From: Amoebidium appalachense
Lineage: Eukaryota; Protista; Ichthyosporea
Direction: 5' to 3'
Length of the DNA: 64,000 bases
NCBI GenBank assembly: GCA_963693365.1
Contig: CAVNZM010000010.1
Span: forward strand, 6,759,794 to 6,823,793
Within the stretch, counting starts at the first letter, position 1. Every line of letters begins with the position of its first letter. This document shows, in pieces, positions 52,518-64,000 of the stretch. The position numbers were made by a program, and so were the translations under genes. The notes under the pieces are model-generated. The model worked only from the letters and a program-made list of their open reading frames with translations. It made no database searches and was not told the DNA's origin.

Positions 52518-54293
52518 TGTTGAGTCTTATCGAGCAAGCGGAGTTACCATAAAAGGAGCTAAAACCCGGTGGTGCATCATAAGCCAATCAGACACCACTA
52601 GATCTATTCTATTCCTTTAATTTTATTGGCTTCCATTCTTGATTACATGATCACCGGCTGCAGCGCTACATAGCTGGGAGGCGCCCTGATGAACGCAGAG
52701 CAGAAATGCTCTCAGATAGGCGCTCTAACGCTACCTCACACCTTGCTTACTACCGAGCGCCAAAATAAATATCCACTTGTGGCTATTTTGTTTATGACCA
52801 TCTGATTGTTTTCTGCTGCTCTCCTCCAGTGGTACAGTGGGCTAGACCCATTCAATAAAAGCCTCTCTCGATTTTGGTTGGAGGAAGGAGTCCAATCAGA
52901 TGCCCTCTTGGAATATTGTCCACAGTAAATGTGGTATGCGGTGATAAACCTTTCTGCAACATCTGTTCTGATTGGTTTAAGCTGAGATCTAGGGAGCCCC
53001 TGTTCCCACGCGGTACTCAATTGGACAAAACCTTGACACGTTTGGACAGACTTGAATGTGTGCCTATTCACAAAGATAATCATCTGACAACTCTGGACAC
53101 GAAGGCAGCCGAGAAGGAAGGATTCCAGATATCGGGAAAATTGCGTGTAAAATAGTTGGCTCGTGAAACTTTTGATTTCCGTCCGGGCGTTCAGAACCCC
53201 GAGCCGGATCCACCAGTACTATAGCAGCACGTACGCCGTGTACACGTCGGCCCGGTTCAGGGACTGGCATGCATATATATCACAGATAACCAGATTCTGA
53301 TATGCGTTAGCACGTAGATGTGTTGCGGATGTTCATCTTTCTTGTCTACTGAGCACCTCGGCACCGACTAGTAGAGATGTACATGAGCCGGGCCATCGTT
53401 CAACACTTGGCCCCGGAATGTGAGTTATGTGACGTCAAAGATCTACCATTCCACAATAAAAAGTTGGTCCCCGTTTACACCTTTTCGCAGCACATAACAA
53501 GAATATTGCATACGATTTATGGCATATCATTGTATGAACTTCACACTTTTTTATTCATTACTCCCTTTTCATCTTTTCCCGTGTTTTTCTTCCAAATATC
53601 ATGCATTTCATAAAAGAGGGAGAGAAAAGCTTCTTTCAAACTGATTAGTAAATTATCATGCAAGAATGTATACAGTTTATTAGATTGGTTGTTTTTATCA
53701 AGCTCTTACTGGTTCAGATGGTCGAAGGTATAACATCAAATGACGCACACACAGCAAGGTCACATGCTCACAGCACTCGAAGTTTGTAAATCTGCCAACC
53801 ATTCATGGATATTTGTGTTTTTTATGCTTCTTGCTGTTCACGTCGTTGGTGATTTCTTTAGTTAGTTGAAGCGTGAAGTTTTGAACCATACAACACAAGT
53901 TATAAGTTTCAGATGCCCTTTGCAGCAGGGATTCTAACTTAGCAGAAGCACAATTCTATTTATGTCCATGTTGGGACCTGATCAGGTCTTTTACACCCAC
54001 GGCTGTTTCTACTCGGTGTGAACTTCGTTTATAACTTCTATGTAACACAGCCTTGTCCTTAAGCACGTCGTAGACTTTTCACAGTGAGAGTTAGTGCAAC
54101 CAAGCATTTTTCTCTTTAGTGCAAGCCCTAGCATCGCTCCCCCACTCTTTTTTTCTGTTCTGGACAGAAAAACAATAATGTCAAGCAGTTAGTTGTGACC
54201 CTTGAACTCCACGCAACAAGTCGCTGTGCCTGCTCTTGGGGAGTGCCACTACCAGTGCACTTACGTAACGCAGCACAAGCTAGCAGGCACAAC

Positions 54294-56671
54294 ATGGCTC
54301 AGGTAGAGAGTCAGGGGCGTAGCCCTGTCGTTCACAGCAGCCCGTGTGCGTTGGCTTCATCTGACTACCATGACAATGTCTCTCTGTTAATCAAAGCGGT
54401 GAAGTTGGGGTCTACGGAGGACGTGCTGAAGGTGAGCAACAGAATAATATGCTGGTCCTTACGCGGTAGTTGCAGTAAGTGTTTCGTGCCTTCACTAAAA
54501 ATGCAGGGTTGTTTTCTGAAGCCTGACCACACTGCGCGCCCTTGTCCTTTTTCGTCTGCTTTAACCACATGGTGTCCCTGGGATACATCTTTCCCTCCGG
54601 CATTCTGCTCCCTGCATTTCCACACACACACGCGACCTCTTGGTCCACGAACCGACACTATTCACTTTTGTTTTTTCAACGGCATCGGGTATGCGTCAAC
54701 CCATGTTTCCTTGCATTTACACATCCACGTGTTCATCGGTGAGAAAGCAAATTCTCAACGGATACATACCAATAATAACAGGTAGCTTGGTATGGTTATA
54801 CGCACACACAGTTTGTATACATGAACCATCGGAGTATGCCATTCTCACGGTACCACATGGCTTGATTTCGATGGTCTTAACCTTGGTGTGAGCACGCTAG
54901 CAAAAAAAGAAAAAAAAAGCGAGAAAGGAAAAAGAAAGGAAAGCAAAGGAAAACAACGGGAAAGGATGGGCTGGGATGCGGGCCACAGGGGTCTAAGGTT
55001 CTAACCAATCGTATAGGCCTCATAGTCGAATGTACAAAAGTCGTATGACAAGACCTAGCAAGCCACCATTCATGAAAACCCCCTCCCTAAGTTTTCCCCA
55101 ATACAAGTACCAACCCTATCCATTTGCACATACAGGCAATCGCAGGCGGTGCGCACGTTAACGGTACAGATGAGAGAGGATGGACTGCCCTTCATTGGGC
55201 CGCAGCCATGGGCCAGGCTGACATGGCCCAACTCCTCTGCCGCCACGGCGCCGACCCGGCAGTGACGTCAAAGAGCTCAAAATCACCCCTAGATATTGCC
55301 GTGCTGAGCGGTAGTGCCGAAGTGGTTGATTTGTTGATTGATGTGCGCTTGGCTGCAATATCTGCGGCACAAGAGGCTACGAGAATGCAAAACGGCGGTT
55401 ATGACCGATGGGGAATCAACGGGCGCAGAGCGAATTCAGACCAGATTCGCCGGTCAACGGTTTCCATGCGGAGACTTGAGAGGGAATTGAGAAGTTTGAC
55501 GTCATCGGACGACGAGGATTGGTCACAGGACGAAGATACCGATGACACCAACAACTGCAGGATTGTGCTCGAAAATTTGACAAATTCGCCTTTTCGCTTC
55601 CCGTCATCACGTGCAACACGCATGGAACCGCTGCATGAGCAGTTGTCGGGTTGTTCGATGAGCAAAAACAACGACAGCCCCACCATTCCCCCGATCCCCC
55701 GGATATGCGCCAATTTTGTTCCCCGGCCGTCACGGCGCACAAACAGGATGGTGCCCCTTGGTAGCGATGGATCTCCTCAAGTGCCACACAGGCGCAGGCG
55801 AAGCGACGGAGACACAACGGCGCCACATTTGTCCCTTTTGACGCACAGCCAGGACACGTTACTCCTTACCGCGGAATCATTTTCGATGGACCAACTCCCC
55901 CAACCAACCATGAATCTACCTAATGTAGGCGCCGCAGCAAGTGCATTCCAGTATTCCCGCAGGCATTCTGAGATCCTTCTCCCTGTGTCTCAACTCACCC
56001 TCAGTGATTTTCCATCCACCGATTCACTCCCAGTTTTCATCCCCGCCGCCCAACCCACACATCACACATGGACACCTACACCGTCGGCATGTCAATCGGC
56101 CTCTGTACCCGACTTTTCCTCATTCTATGGGCAGCCTGCGATGCATGTTTCAGCCTCGCAAGGTGCCCTTCGGGAGAGCCAATCAGAAACCCTCCCCTGC
56201 AGTGCACCCAAGGACGACAGCGAACGCCCCAGTGCTCTAGGGAGCTCCATCCCCCCTGACACGAGCACGGAACTGAATGAAACAAATTCGTTTTTCGACT
56301 TATCCAACGATTCCTATTCCGTTGCGAAAAGAGAGAGCGAACAGAGCGTGGAGCATAAACCCGTTGCGACTCATCCCGACGGACAACAGGAGAAGAAGGC
56401 ATGCGGGAACTGCGGCACGTCAAACACCCCCCAATGGAGGTCGGGAGACAAGGGGCCTGGCACGCTATGCAATCGTTGTGGACTCAAATACATGTTAACC
56501 CATGATAGAGATAGGCTGAACGCACGCCGGCGTATCCGTTATCACAAACAAAAAGCCGGGCGCACGCTGACGGGACAGATGAGTCACCGCGCACCCACAA
56601 GATCGCCCATGGTACCACTTGCACCTGCACCCATGCGCATGGCGGGTGGATTTATGTCACCGATGCCGTAA
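54294..56671 (+). CDS. Ankyrin-repeat + GATA zinc-finger protein, two exons
   Basis: Exon 1 54294-54431 (AAG|GTGAGC) joins in phase 0 to exon 2 55136-56671 (TACAG|). Ankyrin GWTALHWAAAMGQADMAQLLCRHGAD and SPLDIAV. GATA finger CGNC-X18-CNRC (TPQWRSG...LCNRCGLKY) followed by a basic tail. Confidence 0.92.
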
Positions 56672-57497
56672 AATTCCATCCACTGTTTGTTAATTAAGGA
56701 GTCTCTAGATTTTGAAGGACTCTTTCCATTTTTAAAGTTTTCTGTGGTTAGTGTGTGCTGACTGAGCTGGTTTAATATGAAAAGTGTTATAGATTTACAT
56801 AAATAGAATGACGGTGGTATGTGATATATTTTAGCAATTTGTGTTTTCCTCAACCAAATGCAGCTTGCCTAGGATGATACTTGTTGCAGGTTGTTTTTAT
56901 TTCTCCTTAACCAATTCCAACGTGCGATCGCGATGCTGGAGAACTTCAAAGTATTCTCTTTTCGAGGCAGGACATCAGATTTGTATAGTAAGAAGCGTGA
57001 TTAATCTCTCGTCAAATGAGAGCTTTTTAACAGTGATACGTGGCGATGAAGCTCTGATAACTTTACTACCTTTTTAACTAGTTGATAGTTTTTGAATGTC
57101 GCTGTATTGGCACGCAAACCCCTTTTGGATTCTTGTGCAATACCTTTTTACTGAAAGTATTGAACTAGCTTATATTGCCCCTTGAATGATGCATGCGCAA
57201 TGGCCTCAGTTGCTGCTGAAGAAAATAACAAGCGTTCTATGGTAGATGAATCCTCCCCCCCCCCCCCCCCCCCCCCACTACCACCACCACCACCACCAAC
57301 ACCACTCAACCCCCCCCCCCTCCCCCCCCCCCCCCCCCCCCCCCCCCCCGCCTCCACTTATTGCCTATGTGGCACATTTCTAAGCGGGCCATCCCATGTA
57401 TGTTGCGCATACGCTTCGCGCGGGACATGAATATAGTTCCACGAAACAATCCCTCACAAAACCATCCCAGTATACGTATATCCACTAGATTACCCAA

Positions 57498-57537
<40 letters not shown>

Positions 57538-58249
57538 TTCCCCCGGCATCACGGGCGTCCACACAAACAAACACAAAGACACCATCACTACCATAACCGT
57601 GCTATACCCACATTCCCGTGCCTGTTGCGATGTCACCCACCCATCCACTGGTTTTAGAAGCCCTTCACATCTGTCGGGACACCACCATACACCACCATTT
57701 AGGGGTTCACCATCCTAACTGTTGAATCCGGTTTAGTCCCCCCCCATCCTCCCCCTCCCCTCCTCCTCCCCCCCAACACGTACATACACACACGTACACA
57801 CAGAGACTCTGAGTCGCAGACAGACAGACGTGCACACAAGAGCACACACATATGTAACCAACACAATAAAGCGCCTGAGAATGATAACAGTACACAAACG
57901 GAACATACACCGTAACTTGGGCCGGCATATGATACAAGAACTGATCAGAAGGCTTCGCGAATTACATGGTTAACCTGCTCGTTTACGCGTGTGGCCCCCT
58001 CCCCCCCCCCCCTTCCCCTCCCCTCCCGGGGAGGCCGTGGGCCCTCCTCTTCTCATTGCTATTGCTTCCCTTCCCCCCTAGTTTACACCCTCCCTCTTTC
58101 TCGCCTCCTTTATGTATAGGAAGAAAAAGGGTGAGCAAGGGTAGAGAAAGCTAGAACCAAAACCGTTTCTGGGGGAAGAAAAACAACAACACTGGAGTTC
58201 GAAAAACCCCTCCCCACATACACACACACGTGTACACACACACCCCGGT

Positions 58250-58288
<39 letters not shown>

Positions 58289-58589
58289 TCACACACACAC
58301 AAACTAAAAAGAAAAATAATATAAAAAAAATAAGAAAAAGCCACCCCACCCCATCCCAATTTATTACCACCTCCGGATCCACTCTCTTGGTCTTTTTCCC
58401 CGTGCCAGCTTGGCTCCTCAGAACCTCGCAACCAGGGACAAGTAACCAATGTGATCCCCCCCCCCCCGGGGCCCCCCCAACCACCCCCCGGCCCCCACCC
58501 ACCCATTCAACCAACCGAGACCAAAAAAAAAAAAAAAATACAAAAAAAACCTTGACGATATATTCCGCATCCTCTTTTGACATGGATCA

Positions 58590-58620
<31 letters not shown>

Positions 58621-58750
58621 TCCCCTCCCCCTCTTTCCCCGGGCCATTTGCATCTTGAGTACATTTGCAGAAGGCATTGAAATGGGATACGCTAATGAAT
58701 CTTGACAAGACATCAAGACGTCGATGTGTTTGGGAGCTTGAGGTGTGTGC

Positions 58751-58811
<61 letters not shown>

Positions 58812-59825
58812 ATGTGGTGGTGGGGTGGGGTGGGGTGGGATGGGGTGGGGGGGGGGGGGGGAGGGGGGAGGGGGGAGGGGAGGAGGAGCTCGAGTAATCT
58901 AATAAGTGAATTGCCTAGCGGCTTGAATGTTGTTATGTATTGGACTTTCAAGTGAATTACAATGTAATGGTATCACACTTGATAGTCTTCGGATTACGTC
59001 ACACTGCCCTAATGTCTCCCCTTTGAAATAGTTCTATTTACATAAGCAGGTCGGAATCCGACCCAACTCTCCCCCTCCCTCCTCCCCCCTCCCCCTCCTC
59101 CCCCCTCCCCCTCTCCTCCTCCCCCCCCTCTCCCCCCAACAACCTTCCACTCCCGTTTCAAATTATTCCCATATACAAATAATGACTCCCTGATCGGTCC
59201 GGACTGGAATTTGAATATCTGATTAATGCAAAATACAAAGAACAAGGTGGGGAAATAGCAGTAACCGTTATGGAGGCCGCAGTTGTAAAGGCAACGGAAT
59301 AGGATTCGGGGGCCCCAGGGGGGGGGTGGGGGGGGAAGAATGCGGAACACGGTACGAAGGAATAGGCACATGCGATGGGAAACGTCGTGGCAGGACACAT
59401 TGAAAGCTAGGTGAACATTCAAGTATGCAACATCGACAACACGCGCAGTATGCGATTTGGACAGGGAGGAGGGGAGTTCAGGGGGATGAATGGGGCGGGG
59501 TGGGACTTTGCACAACCGGGAATGAATTTTTCATCCGGGCATGTAGTAATGCAGTGGGTGTGTTGGTGGGTGCGCTAGGTTTCGGCCTACCACCTACTGA
59601 GGCGGTGGTCTCCTTTCTTTCTTTTTTTTTTTCTTCTTTTTTTTTTTTTGCTTAAAAGGGACGCTTGAGTAGATGTATAACGTCGCACGTGCGGCAACAT
59701 GTCAGTACGTGTTAGGGTTTCGGCACAGTGTACACTGAATACGTGCAACTGCATGGATGTATACTTAAAGTCCCCCTGGGGGAGGGGGAGGGGGGGAGAG
59801 GGGGGGAGGAGGGGGGGGGAGGGGG

Positions 59826-59917
<92 letters not shown>
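59826..59917. repeat. (GA)n microsatellite (others at ~5610-5670, ~32975-33022, ~60560-60647)
   Basis: Long near-perfect dinucleotide runs. Confidence 0.9.
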
Positions 59918-59919
<2 letters not shown>

Positions 59920-60515
59920 CGGGACGGGGAGATGCAAAGGGGAGGGTGAAGCAGAGAGAGGGGGGGAGGGCAGCTTGGTTTAGATCTACACATCAGAGAA
60001 AACGGATTAGACCCTGTATTATGTGTTGTGCCAGATGTAATGACATATTCACGGTTGTAGGTCCTATTCGATTTTTCCATGTCACGTCCTTATTACATAC
60101 AGTATCAGAAGCATCGACCCAGAAACCTATACAGTACAGAGTATAATTCGAGATTAAGTACCCGAGCGCGCTTACCCTGACAGTACCTGCAACCTCCCTC
60201 CCCCTCCCCCCCCCCCCCCCCCTCCCCCCTCCCGCCTTCTCCACCCAAAAACAAACAAATAGTTAAACAAATAAAACAAAAGAATATAAAAATCAAAAAG
60301 GGAGACGGGGAGAGGGGGGAGACGGGACAGAGAGAGAGGGATGGAGAGGGGGGGGGGGGGGGGGGGGAAGGGAGGGAGGGAGGGAGGGAGGGGGCGGGGG
60401 GAGAGGGAGGGAGGGAGGGAGGGGGGGAGAGAGAGGGAGAGGGGGACGGGGGGGGGGGGGGGGAGAGAGAGAGAGAGAGAAGGGGGGAAAGGGGTAGAGA
60501 GGGGGGGGGGGGGGA

Positions 60516-60549
<34 letters not shown>

Positions 60550-60557
60550 GGGGGGTG

Positions 60558-60651
<94 letters not shown>

Positions 60652-60768
60652 GAGTTCCTGCTGGCCTCAAGCTAAAAACACCGACCCATAATCCTTCCAT
60701 TATCCAGTAGACACAAGCATAAAAATAAGTATCCCAACCCACAAGTGGGCCCAAATCCGCTCCATAAC

Positions 60769-61728
60769 CTACAGACTGTCAGCCCACACCCTCAGCTCCT
60801 TTATGTGTGCAGGTGTTGTGCGGCAGCAGCCCCCAATCATGTTTGCACCAGCCCGGTGCCATTCCTTCGCCATCTCCAGATATCTCTCCGGGTGGCCCAA
60901 CCCACTCCACGTCTTGGTTACGGGGTCATATTCCTCTCCCGAGTTGGGATACACGACTATGTGCTTGCTGGTGCTTTTCCTTACATTCGCGACCAGAGAT
61001 GAAACATGTTCCGGTGCCGTACAGTTGATACCAATAGCAACCACCTGCTCGTAAGGATTGAGCGCCCCTGCGCAGTCGGAAATTTTCTCCCCGTGGCATG
61101 TGGTCTCACCATCACGACAACTAAACGAAAACCAAGCTGGCGTATCGGGGAACTCCGTCGATAGCAACTTCGCAAGTGCGAGTGCCTCGGAGAGACACGG
61201 AATTGTCTCACACGCCAAAGCATCGACCCCGGCCTGCACTAAGGCTGCTATGCGTGGCCTGTGAAAGTCGATCAACCCTTGCTCATCGATGTCATTATAT
61301 TCGCCAGTATACTCCGCCCCGTTGGCCAAAAACGCACCGTAAGGACCTACAGATCCGGCCACCAGTGGCTTCATCCTTGAACTCCCCGACTCTCTCCCCC
61401 ACGCCTCATCTCTGGCCTGGGAAGCCAACGCCACCGACTTCGCTATCAGCTCTAGAGCCTTTTCCCTGTCAATTTCTTTCTTGGCGAAGCCTTCCACCGT
61501 TGCTTGGTAGCTTGCTGTGATTGATACATCTGCACCGGCCACATAGTAATCTTTGTGCACTGCCTCTATAACGCTAGGCCGTTCAAGGAGCACCTTGGCT
61601 GACCAGAGTCCATCCCTCAAATCCTCCCCTCTGTTTTCTAGCTCTGTTGCCAGCGCCCCGTCAACAATAACAAGGGGCCTTTCGGCAATTTGCGTAAAGA
61701 GTTGTGTGGGTGCTTTTGTAGAAGCCAT
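60769..61728 (-). CDS. mmuM: Homocysteine S-methyltransferase (MmuM/HMT family), intronless, 319 aa
   Basis: [36 protein letters not shown], Zn ligands GINC and [15 protein letters not shown]. Confidence 0.96.
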   Translation of the reverse strand: MASTKAPTQLFTQIAERPLVIVDGALATELENRGEDLRDGLWSAKVLLERPSVIEAVHKDYYVAGADVSITASYQATVEGFAKKEIDREKALELIAKSVALASQARDEAWGRESGSSRMKPLVAGSVGPYGAFLANGAEYTGEYNDIDEQGLIDFHRPRIAALVQAGVDALACETIPCLSEALALAKLLSTEFPDTPAWFSFSCRDGETTCHGEKISDCAGALNPYEQVVAIGINCTAPEHVSSLVANVRKSTSKHIVVYPNSGEEYDPVTKTWSGLGHPERYLEMAKEWHRAGANMIGGCCRTTPAHIKELRVWADSL

Positions 61729-62040
61729 ATTTTTTCTTTTTCACGCCCAACTTGGCGGAGTGTGTATTGTAGAGGTGCGCTGGACTGTTTGTATTAACAA
61801 ACTTAGAACACAGCAGGTCGTGTCTGACAGCAGACGTGTCAGGCAACTTCGTCAGCCTCCGGTCAGGCAAACCGAGCAAAATGACTTGAAATGAGCCACA
61901 GTGTCTGACGTAATAGGCGTGACCTGATTGGGTCTTGGCACAAAGAAATCCCGCCAGTTGGACCGCCAGTTTTCGTGGTTATCCAATCAGTGCCTCCCGT
62001 CTGCAGGGTTCGAATCCCTGGTGGAGAAGGGGGCTATGGG

Positions 62041-62082
<42 letters not shown>

Positions 62083-62308
62083 TAGACTTGGAGGCCTTGG
62101 AGGGAGGGGGGGGGGGGGGGGGGGAGGATGGGGGGAGTGGGGAGAAGGGGGAAGGCTTTTGTGTGGAAACTATACTATGGTATGTACTGAAAAAGTTTTT
62201 GCCCAGCCACCGGTGCTTGGGACCGGCTGGCATGGGGCCAGCTTTTAGGGTTTGCGCGTGCAGGCCCTGCAGCTAAGGCCCTGCAGGGCCGAGTCAAGTC
62301 ACAAGAAT

Positions 62309-62554
62309 ATGCCACAGGCGAAGGTAACCATTCATGATGGTAACCTGACGGATTCCGAAGAAGAGTTTTCCCAACCCCTCCCTCACCCTCCCCTCGTCTC
62401 CCCTTCCGGCACCTCGGAAACATCAATATATTACCTCAAAGCCCTACGTGACCCTCCGAATCCTACGAGTCCCCGGTCTTCCACTTCAAGCCCCTCGTTC
62501 CAATATGCCCTTCCATCATGCCGTAATACGATCAGAGCTCCTATAGGCTTGAAG
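62309..62554 (+). CDS. Possible first exon of an unidentified gene divergent from the HMT gene
   Basis: ATG at 62309 opens a non-repetitive Ser/Pro-rich frame (MPQAKVTIHDGNLTDSEEEF...) ending AAG|GTGCGG. No recognisable domain. Confidence 0.3.
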
Positions 62555-64000
62555 GTGCGGACCCTCTTCTGCTTTCACACCCCAACAAGATGTACACATA
62601 GGTAAAGGATCACTGTCAGTAACACAAACTGAGGGCAAGCACATAGCCAAATGTAGTTTGTTACAAGGCATAGCGAATTCCATGTCGCTCGAGAGAGTTT
62701 TACCGAATTTTAAATCTAGAACTTAAATAGTTGTTGATCGTTACATAGTTTACGTGAACCAAACTCAGGACAGCTCATTCTTCGGTCCAGTGTTCTGACC
62801 ATATTACAGGTATTGTCTCGGTGTGCATGTGTATCCCCCTCTCCGACGCCCCCCTCTTCCTGCACCCTCTTCCGAATCCGTCACTTCTATCTGTCTCTCT
62901 CTCCCTCCTTCCCTCGCTCCTTCCCTTCCTCCCTCCCTCCGTCCCTCCCTCCCTCCCTCCCTCCCTCCCTCCCTCCTTCCCTATGCCTCCCTCCCTCCTT
63001 CCCTCCCCCTCTCCCCCTCCCTCTATCTCTCCGTTTCTCCTCCTACTCTCTCCCTATGACACCCCCTCCCTTCTTTTCTCCCTCCCTCCCTCGCTCTCCC
63101 TCTCCCTCTCTCTCTCTCTCTCTCCGTTTCTTCTCCCACTTTCTCCCCATGACACCCCCTCCCTTCCTTCCTCCCTCCCTCCCTCGCTCCCTCCCACTTT
63201 CCCTCCCTTCCTCCCCCTCTTCCTCCCCCCTCTATCCCCCGCCCCCCCCCACCCCGCCCTCTCTCTCTAGATCTCTCGCTCTCTCTTTCTCTCTGTCTCA
63301 GACTCACTCTCTCCCTCTGACCCTCATCTCTTTCTTTCCCAACCGCGGCCCTCCTTCCCCTCCGGCACCAAGCCCCTTTTCGAGAATTCCATAGTTTTGA
63401 TATTAAATAATCCTGGACCATGGTGGTGTGATGCTTGCCTTAGTGTGCGTTTATGCATATGTTGCTTACACAACAAAGGCTTTGGTAACTGCACTGTGGC
63501 CAACGTTGACCCGTGACCTACGTATATACAATTCGCAAATAACGTGACCAAAATAGTCTGTCTAGTGTGTACAATTGTGGCTATGTGACGTCTAACAATG
63601 ACGTCACCTATGTGTCCCCAATACTTCGGCTCAATATACATCAATTGCGCATACATTATAGGCAGAATACTGGCCCAAATATTTTGAAATGCAGTTTATT
63701 TATATGTAAAGAACCAGAAAGCCTTGTACGTAGAGTATGTTTACGTAGAACTATGTAGTTTCGAGTAGTCTACGAACGCTTCACAAAGGTGGTCTTTCAA
63801 TCTCGTTAAAAAAAATGCTCCTCGTTCCTGATTAGTGCCCAGCCACAAGGTGGGTAAAAAGCCGGAATGGCGCATCCTTATTCTTGATTTATGCCACAAT
63901 AGAGTAAAAGTTATTCTATGGAAATAAATAGCCCTGGGCTTCGAAATATTCCCTTACAAGGCTATTTTCAGGAAAATTTCTATTATGTATACTATTCCTG

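Noticed and set aside
52736-53270. Short ORFs with a CxxC motif downstream of the transposon
   Set aside because: No ATG-led frame or recognisable domain; surrounded by stops.
57148-60250. Possible minus-strand exons between the GATA and HMT genes
   Set aside because: No consistent spliced reading frame or motif could be assembled.

Overview
Eukaryotic genomic DNA (spliceosomal GT/GC-AG introns, CTAAC branch points, TATA boxes). Introns and intergenic DNA are packed with poly-C/poly-G, (CA)n/(GT)n and (GA)n tracts, so most short ORFs in the track are artefacts. Host genes that can be assembled: the 3' part of a SelD/selenophosphate synthetase (+, 42-4908), an intronless PAR/NFIL3-like bZIP factor with upstream ORFs (+, ~10168-10995), a multi-exon LRR protein (+, 11933-23388), an intronless secreted protein with C-type-lectin-like folds (-, 25306-26286), a JmjC 2OG/Fe(II) oxygenase (-, 33225-38929), an ankyrin + GATA zinc-finger protein (+, 54294-56671) and an intronless homocysteine S-methyltransferase (-, 60769-61728). 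Mobile DNA: two intronic MITEs, a non-autonomous short-LTR element (27611-31470), and a defective pogo-like DNA transposon (39731-52436) interrupted by a young chromodomain-bearing Ty3/Gypsy element (40451-48191, 610-bp LTRs, CCTAA TSD). The most striking observation is that this Gypsy element has no TGG-type primer-binding site. Its PBS position is an exact complement of a tRNA 5' end (GGGGGTGTAGCTCAGC, Ala-like), and it also pairs imperfectly with the predicted 5' end of its own transcript. It also carries an extra membrane-protein-like ORF in frame upstream of gag. All calls come from manual reading; no database searches were run.
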